Source: Opitutia bacterium (GTDB taxonomy: Bacteria; Verrucomicrobiota; Verrucomicrobiia; Opitutales; T3Sed10-336). From it: a DNA stretch of 64,000 bases. Both the position numbers and the translations under genes were made by a program. The stretch is taken from NCBI GenBank assembly GCA_050506795.1, contig JBJHCF010000018.1, positions 1 to 64,000 of the forward strand, given 5' to 3'. Under the pieces are notes generated by a model. The model was not told the origin of the DNA. It saw only the letters and a program-made list of their open reading frames with translations, and made no database searches. Shown piece by piece: positions 39,368 to 49,525 of the stretch. How positions within the stretch are numbered: the first letter of the stretch is position 1; each line of letters starts with the position of its first letter.

Positions 39368-40810
39368 TCACAGATTCGCCTGGGTCACCAACCCCGTCTC
39401 GGTGATGCGGCAGGATTCCTGGTAGGTTTCGTAGTCCGCGTTGACACCCCACAAATCGTTTTCAGCGCCTGAAACGACGTTCTCCGCCGCCAGCATGCCC
39501 ATGAGAATGGAGTGGTCCTGATTGTTGTATTTGAACGCGCCATAGCGCCCGATGGCTTGCAGCCCTTTGACGCTTCGCAAATAGTCCTCCACCGGCGCCA
39601 GTGCTTCACGGTATCCCCGCCGGTAGACCGGATAACATTTCGGAATGCGAATGACATGGCCGCGGTTTATCGCCGACTCTTCGGTCACCAGACCGGTTTT
39701 CAGCAGTTCCGACCTGGCGCGGGCGATAAGGGAGTCGTCGGCTTCAGCCCACAACGCGTCGCCGTTATTACACCAATACTCCATAACCAGAATCGTGTTT
39801 TCCGAATCCCCGAGGAGTTGCGGCACCCAGTTGTGAAAATTCGTGATCCGTCCCGTCAGCAAATCGGGACTGTGCACATACAACCAGTTGTCCCGGCATA
39901 CGTCTCCGGCCGTAACCTCAAGATAGACCAGAACGGTATTTCGAAACGTCAACCTTCGGGCGGCCTCCAGAACACTTTCGGGCGCCTCCGGGAGCCGGGA
40001 CACCAGTGCGGTCAATGGCATCGAGGAGATAACCTCGTCGTAAGCTCGAAACCCTTCGTCGGGCAGGTCGATTCCTTTCACGGCTCCGCTTTCGGTCACC
40101 ACTCGTTCCACCGGAGTCCGCAAGTGTACCCGTCCGCCCATTTTCGTCACGGCCTCAGCCATTCGCTCGTACACCATGCCGGTGCCTCCGGTGGGATAAG
40201 CGAACTGGTCCACCAGCGTTCGGTGGGTGTTGGACCCGGAAAAAATCGCGTTTTTGAGCGCCTCGGACAGGGAAAACTTCTTGATTCGCTGCGCGGCGAA
40301 ATCGGCGTCCAATTCGTCGCAGCCGATCCCCCAAAGCTTTTCGCTGTAACTCTGGAAAAAAATTTCGAACAACCGACTCCCGAACCTCCGTTTCACCCAA
40401 GCCTCGAAACTCCCGTCTTCGGTAGTGGGACTCACTTGTTCCCAGGCGTAGGCGATCACGCAGCGCGCCGCCTCCACCGGCCCCAACTTGCGCAAAGCCT
40501 CAGCGGCCTGGAGCGGATAATGAAAATACCGGCGCCGGTAGAGGATGCGCGTCAAGCGATCCACCATGGCGTAATCGTTGCCCACCACCTCCAGCCAAAG
40601 CTCGTTTACCCGCCGGTCCTGACTGAAAAAACGGTGCGGCCCCAGGTCGACCGTCTGCCCCCAAAGCTTTATCGACCGAGCCAGCCCTCCCACGGCGTCC
40701 GAGGCCTCGTAGACGTCCACCGGCGTCCCCGCCTTCGCCAATTGATAAGCCGCCGTCAATCCCGCCGGCACCGCCCCGATCACAGCGACCTTCTTTTTAG
40801 TGTTTCTCAT
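39368..40810 (-). CDS. FAD-dependent oxidoreductase (UDP-galactopyranose mutase / protoporphyrinogen oxidase-like fold), paralogue 2
   Basis: DLGPHRFFS, DNWLYVH, YPVY and GRYGAFKYNNQDHS; dinucleotide-binding motif reads GAVPAG. Confidence 0.85.
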   Translation of the reverse strand: MRNTKKKVAVIGAVPAGLTAAYQLAKAGTPVDVYEASDAVGGLARSIKLWGQTVDLGPHRFFSQDRRVNELWLEVVGNDYAMVDRLTRILYRRRYFHYPLQAAEALRKLGPVEAARCVIAYAWEQVSPTTEDGSFEAWVKRRFGSRLFEIFFQSYSEKLWGIGCDELDADFAAQRIKKFSLSEALKNAIFSGSNTHRTLVDQFAYPTGGTGMVYERMAEAVTKMGGRVHLRTPVERVVTESGAVKGIDLPDEGFRAYDEVISSMPLTALVSRLPEAPESVLEAARRLTFRNTVLVYLEVTAGDVCRDNWLYVHSPDLLTGRITNFHNWVPQLLGDSENTILVMEYWCNNGDALWAEADDSLIARARSELLKTGLVTEESAINRGHVIRIPKCYPVYRRGYREALAPVEDYLRSVKGLQAIGRYGAFKYNNQDHSILMGMLAAENVVSGAENDLWGVNADYETYQESCRITETGLVTQANL

Positions 40811-40896
40811 GGGGTTGGGGTATATGGAAGTCCTGAAACGCCGACCCGCAGAAATACAAATCACTGGGCCTCATCGCTCACTATCACCGCCGCATT

Positions 40897-42762
40897 TCAC
40901 TCGACGCTTTGCCAGGCGACGCGTTTCAATTTGAATGCGGAATCTTCCTTCAGGAACGAGTCCACCGGCACAAAAGCCAGGAAGACGACCTGTACGCCGT
41001 ACCGGTATCGACTTTTCTCCGGTCCGGAAAAGACCAATCGACGTCCCTCCGGAAGAGGCTCAACCGATTCCAACTGCAGTTCCTCCAGGCCGATCCTGGC
41101 TCTGATTGAAGCGAAGTCCTCGTCAGACAAAGCCTCACCTTCGGCCGAGGCCACATGTAGGATCAAATGCTTGGGGTCACTGACGAAAAGCACCACCAGG
41201 GCATCCGTCGCGCCGGTCTGCCGATTCCACCCCCTGCCATTTTGTCCGAACCCTGTACCCAATGGAACGGGTCCCTCCAGGGCATACTCCGCCGGAAGCG
41301 ATGCGGCCTCCGGGTTGCCCGGCAACTCGGAGAATACTGCGTCTCTCGTCAGCACTGGAGTCTGAGGAAAATAATGGCCGCCGCTGAACACCTGAACGCC
41401 CCACCAAGCGGCAAAACCCGTCGCCACGAACATCTGCAAACGGGGTTTCCACGCATGTCGCTTGACGGCGATATCCCTAATCACGTACACGGCCCCCGCG
41501 AGAGCGACCGCGATTCCTGGAGCGAAATCGAGGATATAGCGTGACGACATGGCGTGGAAATCCAGGTAAAATACGGCGATGGGCAGCACGCCCGCCAGGG
41601 ACCAAACCACTGCCAAAGTGCTTTCGTTCCAGACCACCCCCTTTTTGCGGAAAATCCCTGCAGCCGCTTTCGAAATACCTGCAATCCAAGCGATAGCAAG
41701 AAGGACCAGAAACGAGACATCAAAGGTCGTGTGATAAAAGTGCCGCCAACGCGGGGTCGCGGACTGAAGGGGAACCACGTCTTCATTGTAAACCGCCCAA
41801 CCGTTCAGATCACGAACCAAAAACGTCGACCCAAAGAGTTCCTTGGCGGCGGCCAGGATCGATTCCGAATGATACGGGGCTCCAAACCGGGAAGCGTACA
41901 TCAGGTCCAACCCGCTCAGATTCAGTTTGTGACCGAATTCGAATCCCGATCCGAAACGCAAACTATTGGTCAGGAACAGAAGACCGACTCCCGCCCCGAA
42001 AAGCGCCAGCCCGCCGATTAGCCACCCCCATTCCCCCCGACGGCCACCGCCCCGGCCGTCGTCCGCATCTTCCCTCGATTTCCGCAGAATCAAAAAAGCG
42101 AGCACCACCGTCGCGAACCCGTAGGCGAGCATCGGCGGACGAAAAAAACCCGCCAAACCACCGGCCAGACAAAGCGGCACGAAATACCGCACGCACGGTC
42201 GCCAGCGAAACGCCATAAGGCCTGCGAACAGGCCGACACTGTAGAGATAACCGTAGGCCACCACCTCTTCGTAGACCTTGAACGGTCCGTTTAGCAGCGT
42301 TACAAGCGGTGGAAACGCGATCAGCCCCACGACAACGATGATCTCCTCGGGATGCGCTTTCATCCTACCCACCCACTCCGAAATCGATGCTGTACTTGGG
42401 GAACCGGTAAATATGGCGAAAATCAAATAGGCAAACACGGCAAAAGCGGCGAGTAATGCGATTCTGTCGGGAAACATGGTTTCCCCGAACAATCTGGCGG
42501 TTGCCTCGAACAGCAAACGCCACGTCGGCACCCCCAACCCCCACACCTGATGCACCCCGCCTTCGGCCCAAACATGGTCGTGCGGCACTTGAGCCGGCGA
42601 CTCCGAAAGCGCCAGTCGTCCCTCGAAAAACGCGTCCGTCTGCCATCTGTGCTCCACACTCGGCGAATACCATTCTCCCCAATTGGGAATCAAACCCGTG
42701 CCGACCGCCAGCAATACCGCAAATGCGGCGGCGAAGTAGACCCACAATAGGCGAATCGTCAT
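40897..42762 (-). CDS. Polytopic membrane protein, GT-C glycosyltransferase-like, paralogue 3
   Basis: About 10 or more hydrophobic segments; QVWGLGVP.WR, FPDR, YEE, RP, EFGH and SRY.LDFAP shared with the other two paralogues. Confidence 0.65.
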   Translation of the reverse strand: MTIRLLWVYFAAAFAVLLAVGTGLIPNWGEWYSPSVEHRWQTDAFFEGRLALSESPAQVPHDHVWAEGGVHQVWGLGVPTWRLLFEATARLFGETMFPDRIALLAAFAVFAYLIFAIFTGSPSTASISEWVGRMKAHPEEIIVVVGLIAFPPLVTLLNGPFKVYEEVVAYGYLYSVGLFAGLMAFRWRPCVRYFVPLCLAGGLAGFFRPPMLAYGFATVVLAFLILRKSREDADDGRGGGRRGEWGWLIGGLALFGAGVGLLFLTNSLRFGSGFEFGHKLNLSGLDLMYASRFGAPYHSESILAAAKELFGSTFLVRDLNGWAVYNEDVVPLQSATPRWRHFYHTTFDVSFLVLLAIAWIAGISKAAAGIFRKKGVVWNESTLAVVWSLAGVLPIAVFYLDFHAMSSRYILDFAPGIAVALAGAVYVIRDIAVKRHAWKPRLQMFVATGFAAWWGVQVFSGGHYFPQTPVLTRDAVFSELPGNPEAASLPAEYALEGPVPLGTGFGQNGRGWNRQTGATDALVVLFVSDPKHLILHVASAEGEALSDEDFASIRARIGLEELQLESVEPLPEGRRLVFSGPEKSRYRYGVQVVFLAFVPVDSFLKEDSAFKLKRVAWQSVE

Positions 42763-42924
42763 ATTGTTTCCTTCCCAATAGGTAATTGCGACGAACTTGC
42801 CGGGCGACGTTGATCTTCGCGCGGAGCCGGAGGGACGCCGAAAACTTTGTGAGCAAAAAATATCCGCGCCTCCGCACGGGTCACCCTTCGATCGATTTCC
42901 CTATGAAGAACAAAATCCATCACA

Positions 42925-44835
42925 TCAAAGCTCCTCCCATTCCACCCGAAGCAGCTGGAATGGCGAGTCTCCGTCGGTCGCCGTTTCAGCGGCAACGAAC
43001 CCGAGAAAACAAGTCTGAATCCCTTGGCGATAAACCCCGCGCTTCGGGCCCTCGAAGACCAATCGACGGCCCTCCGGTATCACCTCTATGGATGATCGCC
43101 GGAGAAACTCCAGTCCGACTTTCGCTCGAATGATCTCATAGTCCTCCGGCGCCAATTCACCGCCGCCCTCCGCCGGAGCCACCTCGATTTCCAGTCGCGC
43201 CACCGCCGGCACGAACAGCGTCACAGCGGCTTTGGTTTGTCCGGTCTCGAGATCCCATCCGGCTCCGTTGAAAGGCGGCCAACGCGAATCCACCTCCATC
43301 CCAGCGACATACGAGTCCGGCAGTCCTTCGAATGGGGTTTGCGGTTCGGCAACGTTTAACCGTGCCGCGACCTGTTCAGCGCGCAAGACGGGCCCGGCTG
43401 GAAAGGCGCCATCGCCGGTGAACACCTGCCACCCCCACCACCCCGCAAAGGCGATCAGTATGATGGCGACACTTCGCCGCCCTGAGCCGATTCGTCGCCT
43501 CAAGGATTCCGCCGCCAAAAAGACGAACGCCGACAGGCCCACGGCAAACGCCGGTCCGAAATCCAGCAGATACCTGGAGGCAAGAAACGGCCCGCGCAGG
43601 TAAAAGACGAAGATCGGCACCGCCGCCAACAGCATCCAAAGAATCATCAGGTCCGTCTCCGACCAAAGCCTCCCACCCCAAACTCCCCGCCCCTCCGCTT
43701 CTCCCACTTCCCTCTTCCCCGCATCCCCGGCTCTCCCACGCTCCCGGTTCCCAATTCCACCACTCTCTTTGCCTTTCACCTTTCTCAAGATTGCCAGTCC
43801 CAAAGCGCCGGCCAGCATCAAGGCAAAAGTCGGATCATACGTGGTAAAATAGTACTCCCGCCAACGGTGGGTGGAAGATTGCCATACGTGAAAATCTTGC
43901 TCATACCACCCGTATCCGTTGAAAGAGTTTCCGATCAAAAACAAACCGGCGCCCAACTCGGCGGCGGCCGAGTGCAAGGGTTCCGAACGCATGGGGTGAT
44001 CGAATCGGCTCGTGTAGCGCATCGAATCAACGGTGTTTAAATTGGTGGCGTGACCGAATTCCAGGCCCGATCCGAATCGGTGCGCGTTGCTTACGAATAA
44101 CAGCGTGCAACCCAGTCCGAACAGAACAACTCCCGCCACCAACCGGTGCCACCGCCACCCTATATGCCAGGCCAAGAATAACGCTATAAGAAGCGATGCC
44201 ACGCTGTAGGCCAAAAGCGTCGGACGTACGAAAGGCGCCACTCCGGCCAAAAGCGCAAGTCCAAGAAACACCGGTACCGTGCGTCGCCTGTAAAACCACA
44301 ACGTAAAGGCGAACAATCCCACTCCCGCCAAGAAACTGTACGCCGCCGCTTCCTCGTAAACGACAAACCGGAACCGCGTCATGGTCAGCAGTGGCGGAAA
44401 CAGCACCAGCAGTGCAAAAACGCAGATTCTTTCCGGGCGCTCTTTCAGCCACGCGACGGGATGAACCGGCTTCGAAGGAATGAGATACAGCCGAAGGATG
44501 CCGAACGCCACCAAGGCCCATGCGGCGCCCAGAGCCAGCCGGTCCGGGAACGCGGGCTGACCCGCCAACCTCGCCATCGCCTCGAAGGGCAAACGCCACG
44601 CCGGCACACCGAGTCCCCAGGGCTGCTGCGCCTTTTCGGCGAACCAGACCTCATCCCAGCCGATCCGCCGGACATCCGCCCCGACAGCCAGCGTCCCTTC
44701 AAGGAAAGCCTCGGTTTGCCCACGATAAGCAAGATAGTCCGAATACCACAGCCCCCAATCCAGAACCAGTCCGGTGGCTACCAGGATACCTGCCGCGATC
44801 ACGACCGCCAAATATACCGCGCTGAGATTCCTCAT
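42925..44835 (-). CDS. Polytopic membrane protein, GT-C glycosyltransferase-like, paralogue 2
   Basis: Same motif set (QPWGLGVPAWR, FPDR, YEE, VRP, EFGH, SRYLLDFGP); overlaps the oxidoreductase stop. Confidence 0.65.
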   Translation of the reverse strand: MRNLSAVYLAVVIAAGILVATGLVLDWGLWYSDYLAYRGQTEAFLEGTLAVGADVRRIGWDEVWFAEKAQQPWGLGVPAWRLPFEAMARLAGQPAFPDRLALGAAWALVAFGILRLYLIPSKPVHPVAWLKERPERICVFALLVLFPPLLTMTRFRFVVYEEAAAYSFLAGVGLFAFTLWFYRRRTVPVFLGLALLAGVAPFVRPTLLAYSVASLLIALFLAWHIGWRWHRLVAGVVLFGLGCTLLFVSNAHRFGSGLEFGHATNLNTVDSMRYTSRFDHPMRSEPLHSAAAELGAGLFLIGNSFNGYGWYEQDFHVWQSSTHRWREYYFTTYDPTFALMLAGALGLAILRKVKGKESGGIGNRERGRAGDAGKREVGEAEGRGVWGGRLWSETDLMILWMLLAAVPIFVFYLRGPFLASRYLLDFGPAFAVGLSAFVFLAAESLRRRIGSGRRSVAIILIAFAGWWGWQVFTGDGAFPAGPVLRAEQVAARLNVAEPQTPFEGLPDSYVAGMEVDSRWPPFNGAGWDLETGQTKAAVTLFVPAVARLEIEVAPAEGGGELAPEDYEIIRAKVGLEFLRRSSIEVIPEGRRLVFEGPKRGVYRQGIQTCFLGFVAAETATDGDSPFQLLRVEWEEL

Positions 44836-46328
44836 GATTCCCGCTCCGTCGCCGCCGCTTCCGTTGTTTTTACCCGCTCCGGAACCAAGCGACCGGCTCG
44901 CATCGAAGTTCCACCGCTCTCATGATACTCGGCATCGGTATTGACTTTCCAGGGATCACGGAGGTCACCAAAGACTCGCCGAGCGGCTATCAAAGCGGTC
45001 ATCATCGAATGATCCTGATTGTTATATTTGTGCATCCCGTTTCGTCCGGCCACCTGGAAGTTCGAGAACCTCGACAACCCCTCCCGGATCACCTTCAACC
45101 GGTCGCCGTACCCGCCGTCATAAACAGGATAAGCCTTCTCCATCCGAACCACGCAGGAATCGATCACCGCTTTCGCACGAACGAGACCGATTTTTTCAAT
45201 CTCGGTTTTGGCCAGTTCGACCAGATCCGCATCCGGTTTGTCCCAGAGGTCGTCTCCCTGGGTGCAAAAATATTCCAACCCCAGGCAAGTCACCCCCGGG
45301 CTTTTCACCATCTCGGGACTCCAGTTGTTATAATTCTGCACCCGCCCCACACGCACGGCGGCATCATGAATATAAATCCAATTGTCCGAGAACAAATCCT
45401 CACCATCGACCATTAAGGCCACTGTCAAAAAATCGCGGTATTTCAGACCCTTCGCGGCGGTCTCCACCTCCCCGCCCAACCCCGGTCGCATCGCCAGAAT
45501 ACAATCACGCAACGGCATCGAAAGAATGAATTCGTCGCCCTTCCAATCCTGCGCATCTCCATTCCCGTTTACCGTCCGAATTAAAGTCACACGACGTTCG
45601 CCGTGATGAATCTCCACCACCTTCATCCCCATGTGAACGGGGATTCCATTTTTCGCGAGGTCGTCACGAGTCTTCTCCCACATCATACCCGGACCCAGGC
45701 GTGGATACTGGAATTCGTCGATCAAAGTCTTGATGACCCCGTCGCCTGACCGCTTCCGCATCAAACTCCCCAACAGCGCTTCCTTCAGTGATAGCCCCTT
45801 GATCCGCTGCCCCGCCCAGTCCGCGCTGATCTCCGAGCACGGCATCCCCCAGACCTTTTCCGTATAAGTCTTGAAGAAGATCCGAAAGAGCCTGTCTCCA
45901 AAACGATTCGTCACCCACTCCTCGAAGGTGTTCTCCGGTTTGATCGGAAAAACCCGACGCCAAAGGTAACTCACCACACAGAGGGAACTTGTGAACACCC
46001 CCAGATTTCCCAACGCGTTCCCGGGACGCAACGGATAATCGAAATACCTTCCCCGATAATAAATCCGCGACTGCCGGCGGACGCTCAAAAAGTCATCCGG
46101 CAGCCGCTTCTTCCACCAACGCACAACTTCCGGGTTCTTACTGAAGAACCTGTGTCCGCCTATATCAAAGCGAAAGCCCTTATAACGCACCGTCCGGGAA
46201 ATGCCGCCGACATACTCTTTGTCGGCCTCCAGCACCTCCACAGCATGATCGCTGCCAATAAACTCCGCCGCCGCCGTCAATCCAGCCGGCCCAGCGCCAA
46301 CAATGATAATCTTTTTTCTATTTTCCAT
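44832..46328 (-). CDS. FAD-dependent oxidoreductase, paralogue 1
   Basis: GAGPAG, DIGGHRFFSK, DNWIYIHD, YPVY and GRNGMHKYNNQDHSM motifs. Confidence 0.88.
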   Translation of the reverse strand: MENRKKIIIVGAGPAGLTAAAEFIGSDHAVEVLEADKEYVGGISRTVRYKGFRFDIGGHRFFSKNPEVVRWWKKRLPDDFLSVRRQSRIYYRGRYFDYPLRPGNALGNLGVFTSSLCVVSYLWRRVFPIKPENTFEEWVTNRFGDRLFRIFFKTYTEKVWGMPCSEISADWAGQRIKGLSLKEALLGSLMRKRSGDGVIKTLIDEFQYPRLGPGMMWEKTRDDLAKNGIPVHMGMKVVEIHHGERRVTLIRTVNGNGDAQDWKGDEFILSMPLRDCILAMRPGLGGEVETAAKGLKYRDFLTVALMVDGEDLFSDNWIYIHDAAVRVGRVQNYNNWSPEMVKSPGVTCLGLEYFCTQGDDLWDKPDADLVELAKTEIEKIGLVRAKAVIDSCVVRMEKAYPVYDGGYGDRLKVIREGLSRFSNFQVAGRNGMHKYNNQDHSMMTALIAARRVFGDLRDPWKVNTDAEYHESGGTSMRAGRLVPERVKTTEAAATERES

Positions 46329-46364
46329 GGAGTAAATTCAGAAGCAGATTTATTGGAAACAACC

Positions 46365-46922
46365 TTAAACGAAAACATACCACCGGTACCATGAAAAATT
46401 CCACACCATAGCCATCCCGAGAGCCATTGCCTTTACCAGGTTTCGCTCCCAAAAATCCGACAACTTCCACTTTTCAGAACCACCCCCAATTCCGCACAAT
46501 TGACGCGCCCTTCCCACGCCCACTCGCCCACTCCCCACCTCACCCCTCGCCCCGCGTCCCATCCCCTCCTCGCCGATTCGCCTCCTCGCCCGCTCCCGGG
46601 TTCGTTCTCCCGTCTTCTGCTTCCACCTGCTGAACGCCGAAAGCCAATAAATAACCGCTGATTGAATACCATAGGCTGCAACCAGGGTCACCACAAGAAA
46701 CTCGATCACCGGCCAACCCCCATCATTCAAATCCGCAAACGCCCAGTTTCTGTTCAACGTAAAGCTAACCGCCATGGCAAACGTCACCGCCACAAGGTTC
46801 GCCCGAACCCGTGCTCCGTAACCAAAATATCGTACGAACCCATTGAACCCGACAAACTCCACCCCGGCCGCTATTACCCCAACAACCATGAACCGCATCA
46901 CCTGTTCGTCCAATCCCGACAT
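46365..46922 (-). CDS. GtrA-family protein with a low-complexity insert
   Basis: RFMVVG, AN, SFTLNRNWAF and WNFSWYRWYVF; four TM segments; Gly/Arg-rich insert before the last helix. Confidence 0.85.
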   Translation of the reverse strand: MSGLDEQVMRFMVVGVIAAGVEFVGFNGFVRYFGYGARVRANLVAVTFAMAVSFTLNRNWAFADLNDGGWPVIEFLVVTLVAAYGIQSAVIYWLSAFSRWKQKTGERTRERARRRIGEEGMGRGARGEVGSGRVGVGRARQLCGIGGGSEKWKLSDFWERNLVKAMALGMAMVWNFSWYRWYVFV

Positions 46923-47146
46923 TATCAGTCAGTACCCAGCATAAATTTCAAAAACCTTCACAAGACAGCACAAAATCCAGTTCAATTTTCTCCCGTGAAT
47001 TCATCAATCGTTTCTCCCTATTGTCTCGTAGGGAATCTCTAAAGAAATTTGCCGCTCTCCCGATTCTCTTCTCAGACGATATGACAACTCCGGTGCCAAA
47101 ACACCATCCTTCCAACCAAAGATAAGCCGATATATCCTGACAACCA

Positions 47147-48973
47147 TCATCCCTCATCTCTCCACCTCACTCGCAACAGGCGAAACCGCGACCACCCCTC
47201 GTGCAACTCCTCTGCAGTCATAAACGCGATAAATGCGACTTGGATCCCACTCTGGTAGCGCTTCCTCCTCGGACCGGAAAACCGCAACACCATGCCCTCT
47301 TGCGTCGGCGTCATGCTTTCAAGGTTAAGAAACTCCAGCGCGACCTTTGCCTGAATGGTTTCGTAGTCCTTCCGCGAAAGTTCGAAGCCCTCGGCAAAAG
47401 TTACGGTCAACTCCACAAATTCCGGGTCGTCAACAAACAAAGCGATTGCCGCCCGAGTCTTCCCCGACTCCGAACTCCATCCCGAACCGCTAAAATAGCT
47501 CACGTACTTCTCAAAAGCCATCCCCAAAGTATATTCTTCAGGCGCTTCGAGAAATAATGATGGATCCTGATCAATTTTGCGAAGAAGATCTTCGCGCGCG
47601 ATGGGGGGATCAACCGGGCTACCGATCCTATTTCCCGTTGCAAAAATCAGCTGATATCCCCACCATAAAAAAACTACTATAGTGACGCTCCATCGGAACT
47701 GTCGCATAAACCTTCCTACGGACAACCCACTTAAAAGATACAAGAACGCCAGAAGACCCGCTCCGAATCCAGGTGCGAAGTCCACAAGATATCTAGAATT
47801 TATAAACGGAAATCGTAGGTAAAAAGCCAGCAGCGGAATAGTGCAGGCAAGAAACCAAAATGCAAGCACTTCCGCCACACCAAACGAGACCTCTTGACTG
47901 CGAATCATTCGCCAACATCGAACCGCAAACCACCCGGCTACAAACAGCAATGGACACGTGTAAGCGAGATTATAATTAGGGAAGTATAGTTGGCGCCATC
48001 GCACTGTCTCTGAGATATACCCTTCATCCAAGAACAAAAGCGTAATCAACTCCCGAGCCGCCGAGAACAACGGTTCCGATTCAAACGGAGCCTCAAAACG
48101 TCCCGCAAATCTCATAGTAGGAAAGTTATTAAGGTGAAGATTGTGTCCGAACTCGAATGCGGCACCAAAACGAATCCAATTTACTATCAACAAGCAAAAT
48201 CCTCCAAACAAAAACAAAGCAAGACCGGTAAGTAATCGACCTTGCGACCACCGAAGTAAACAAGCCTGCGCGAATATAACGGCAAAAGAGGCCACTCCAT
48301 AAATGCCTGCAGTCGGTCGGACAAAAGCAGCAAAACCCGCTACAGTTGCGATCAGTGCAAACGCCCACATCGTAGAGTTCCGAATAAAGTATATAACGGA
48401 ACTCAATAGTGCCACGCCTAGCAGAAAGCTGTAGGCCTGCACCTCCTCGTAAAAACTGAACCTTGGTGTGCTAAGGAGAGCCACAAATACAGGAGAAAAG
48501 GCAAGAAGAGGAAGAATGTTCATTCCTATAGGATCTTCCCTTATCTTCTGCACCCATATCGATATCTCACGGGTACCAGATGCCACAAGAAAAACGAGGC
48601 AGGCAAGAGTCATCACCAACACCATTGCCACTCCGAGCGCCAGACGATCAGGAAAAACTTCACGACCAAACACCTTCGCCACGACTTCAAATGGGACCCG
48701 CCATGCGGGGACTCCTAAACCCCAAACCTGCTGAACTAGACCGTTGTCCCACACTAGTCCGAGCCCGAGATCTGCCGGTGAGTCCGACAATCCTAAGCGG
48801 GCCTGAATCAGGACATTGGCCTGGTGCCGTAGAGTCAGGTGAGGAGAGTACCAATGCCCCCAATCAAGGATCACATCTGAAGAGATTAGCAATGTCGCTG
48901 AAAGAACTGTACAAACATACAGAATTCCAACCGGAAACAATAGATAAAAGTTTCCTTTGTTAGCAGACGTCAC
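47147..48973 (-). CDS. Polytopic membrane protein, GT-C glycosyltransferase-like, paralogue 1
   Basis: QQVWGLGVPAWR, FPDR, FYEE, VRP, FEFGH and SRYLVDFAP; lower GC than the other two paralogues. Confidence 0.65.
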   Translation of the reverse strand: MTSANKGNFYLLFPVGILYVCTVLSATLLISSDVILDWGHWYSPHLTLRHQANVLIQARLGLSDSPADLGLGLVWDNGLVQQVWGLGVPAWRVPFEVVAKVFGREVFPDRLALGVAMVLVMTLACLVFLVASGTREISIWVQKIREDPIGMNILPLLAFSPVFVALLSTPRFSFYEEVQAYSFLLGVALLSSVIYFIRNSTMWAFALIATVAGFAAFVRPTAGIYGVASFAVIFAQACLLRWSQGRLLTGLALFLFGGFCLLIVNWIRFGAAFEFGHNLHLNNFPTMRFAGRFEAPFESEPLFSAARELITLLFLDEGYISETVRWRQLYFPNYNLAYTCPLLFVAGWFAVRCWRMIRSQEVSFGVAEVLAFWFLACTIPLLAFYLRFPFINSRYLVDFAPGFGAGLLAFLYLLSGLSVGRFMRQFRWSVTIVVFLWWGYQLIFATGNRIGSPVDPPIAREDLLRKIDQDPSLFLEAPEEYTLGMAFEKYVSYFSGSGWSSESGKTRAAIALFVDDPEFVELTVTFAEGFELSRKDYETIQAKVALEFLNLESMTPTQEGMVLRFSGPRRKRYQSGIQVAFIAFMTAEELHEGWSRFRLLRVRWRDEG

Positions 48974-49054
48974 AACTTATTTTCCAAACATTATAATGCC
49001 TGAAACCTTTACGGTTAGCTGGACGCCAAGAGCTTCTCTTTTTTGTAGCCCAGA

Positions 49055-49101
49055 GGGACAGGGCTTCTGGCCTCTTCCAAAGCTTGGCTCAGCCCTGTCC
49101 C
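49055..49101 (-). terminator. 11-bp stem-loop downstream of the Cys-rich miniprotein gene (terminator or mRNA stabiliser)
   Basis: GGGACAGGGCT (49055-49065) pairs with AGCCCTGTCCC (49091-49101); no U tract on the minus strand. Confidence 0.55.
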
Positions 49102-49139
49102 AAGGGATCTAACAAAATTGGATTAACGAATTACTTAAG

Positions 49140-49499
49140 TCAGGAAGCGCACTTGCAATTTACGCCGTAACCACCATCACCAGTCCACTCGCACGACCTA
49201 GTCCTTATCGTACTCCTCCCGCTACATACATCCGGATTACAGATACCTATAAATCCTTTACAACCTATCTCCTCCCAGTCCTCTTCACACACGCCAAGCC
49301 CACCACATTCCGGTTCCGTTACGGCTTCGCCGCAATCCGTTATAACGTCGGTTCCTGAGTCAATCACCTTACAATTTCCCTTCTCAGATCCTGTTCCTGC
49401 ATCGGTTGAAACAACCATAAGCAACAAACTACTAACAGTTAATAATACCGCCGCAGTGACCCATCTCGCTCGAGTATTTCCAACAATTCTCATAATCAT
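49140..49499 (-). CDS. Secreted Cys-rich miniprotein (10 Cys in about 85 mature residues)
   Basis: Sec-type signal peptide ending near TDA; acidic, Gly/Cys-rich mature region ending NCKCAS. Confidence 0.75.
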   Translation of the reverse strand: MIMRIVGNTRARWVTAAVLLTVSSLLLMVVSTDAGTGSEKGNCKVIDSGTDVITDCGEAVTEPECGGLGVCEEDWEEIGCKGFIGICNPDVCSGRSTIRTRSCEWTGDGGYGVNCKCAS

Positions 49500-49525
49500 A
49501 TCGCTATCTTTCTTTCTGTTTCTTG

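Noticed and set aside
39512..41365. Long antisense ORFs here and at 7726, 19688, 29696, 33867 and 60499
   Set aside because: They are expected shadows of real genes in GC-rich DNA and carry no recognisable motifs.
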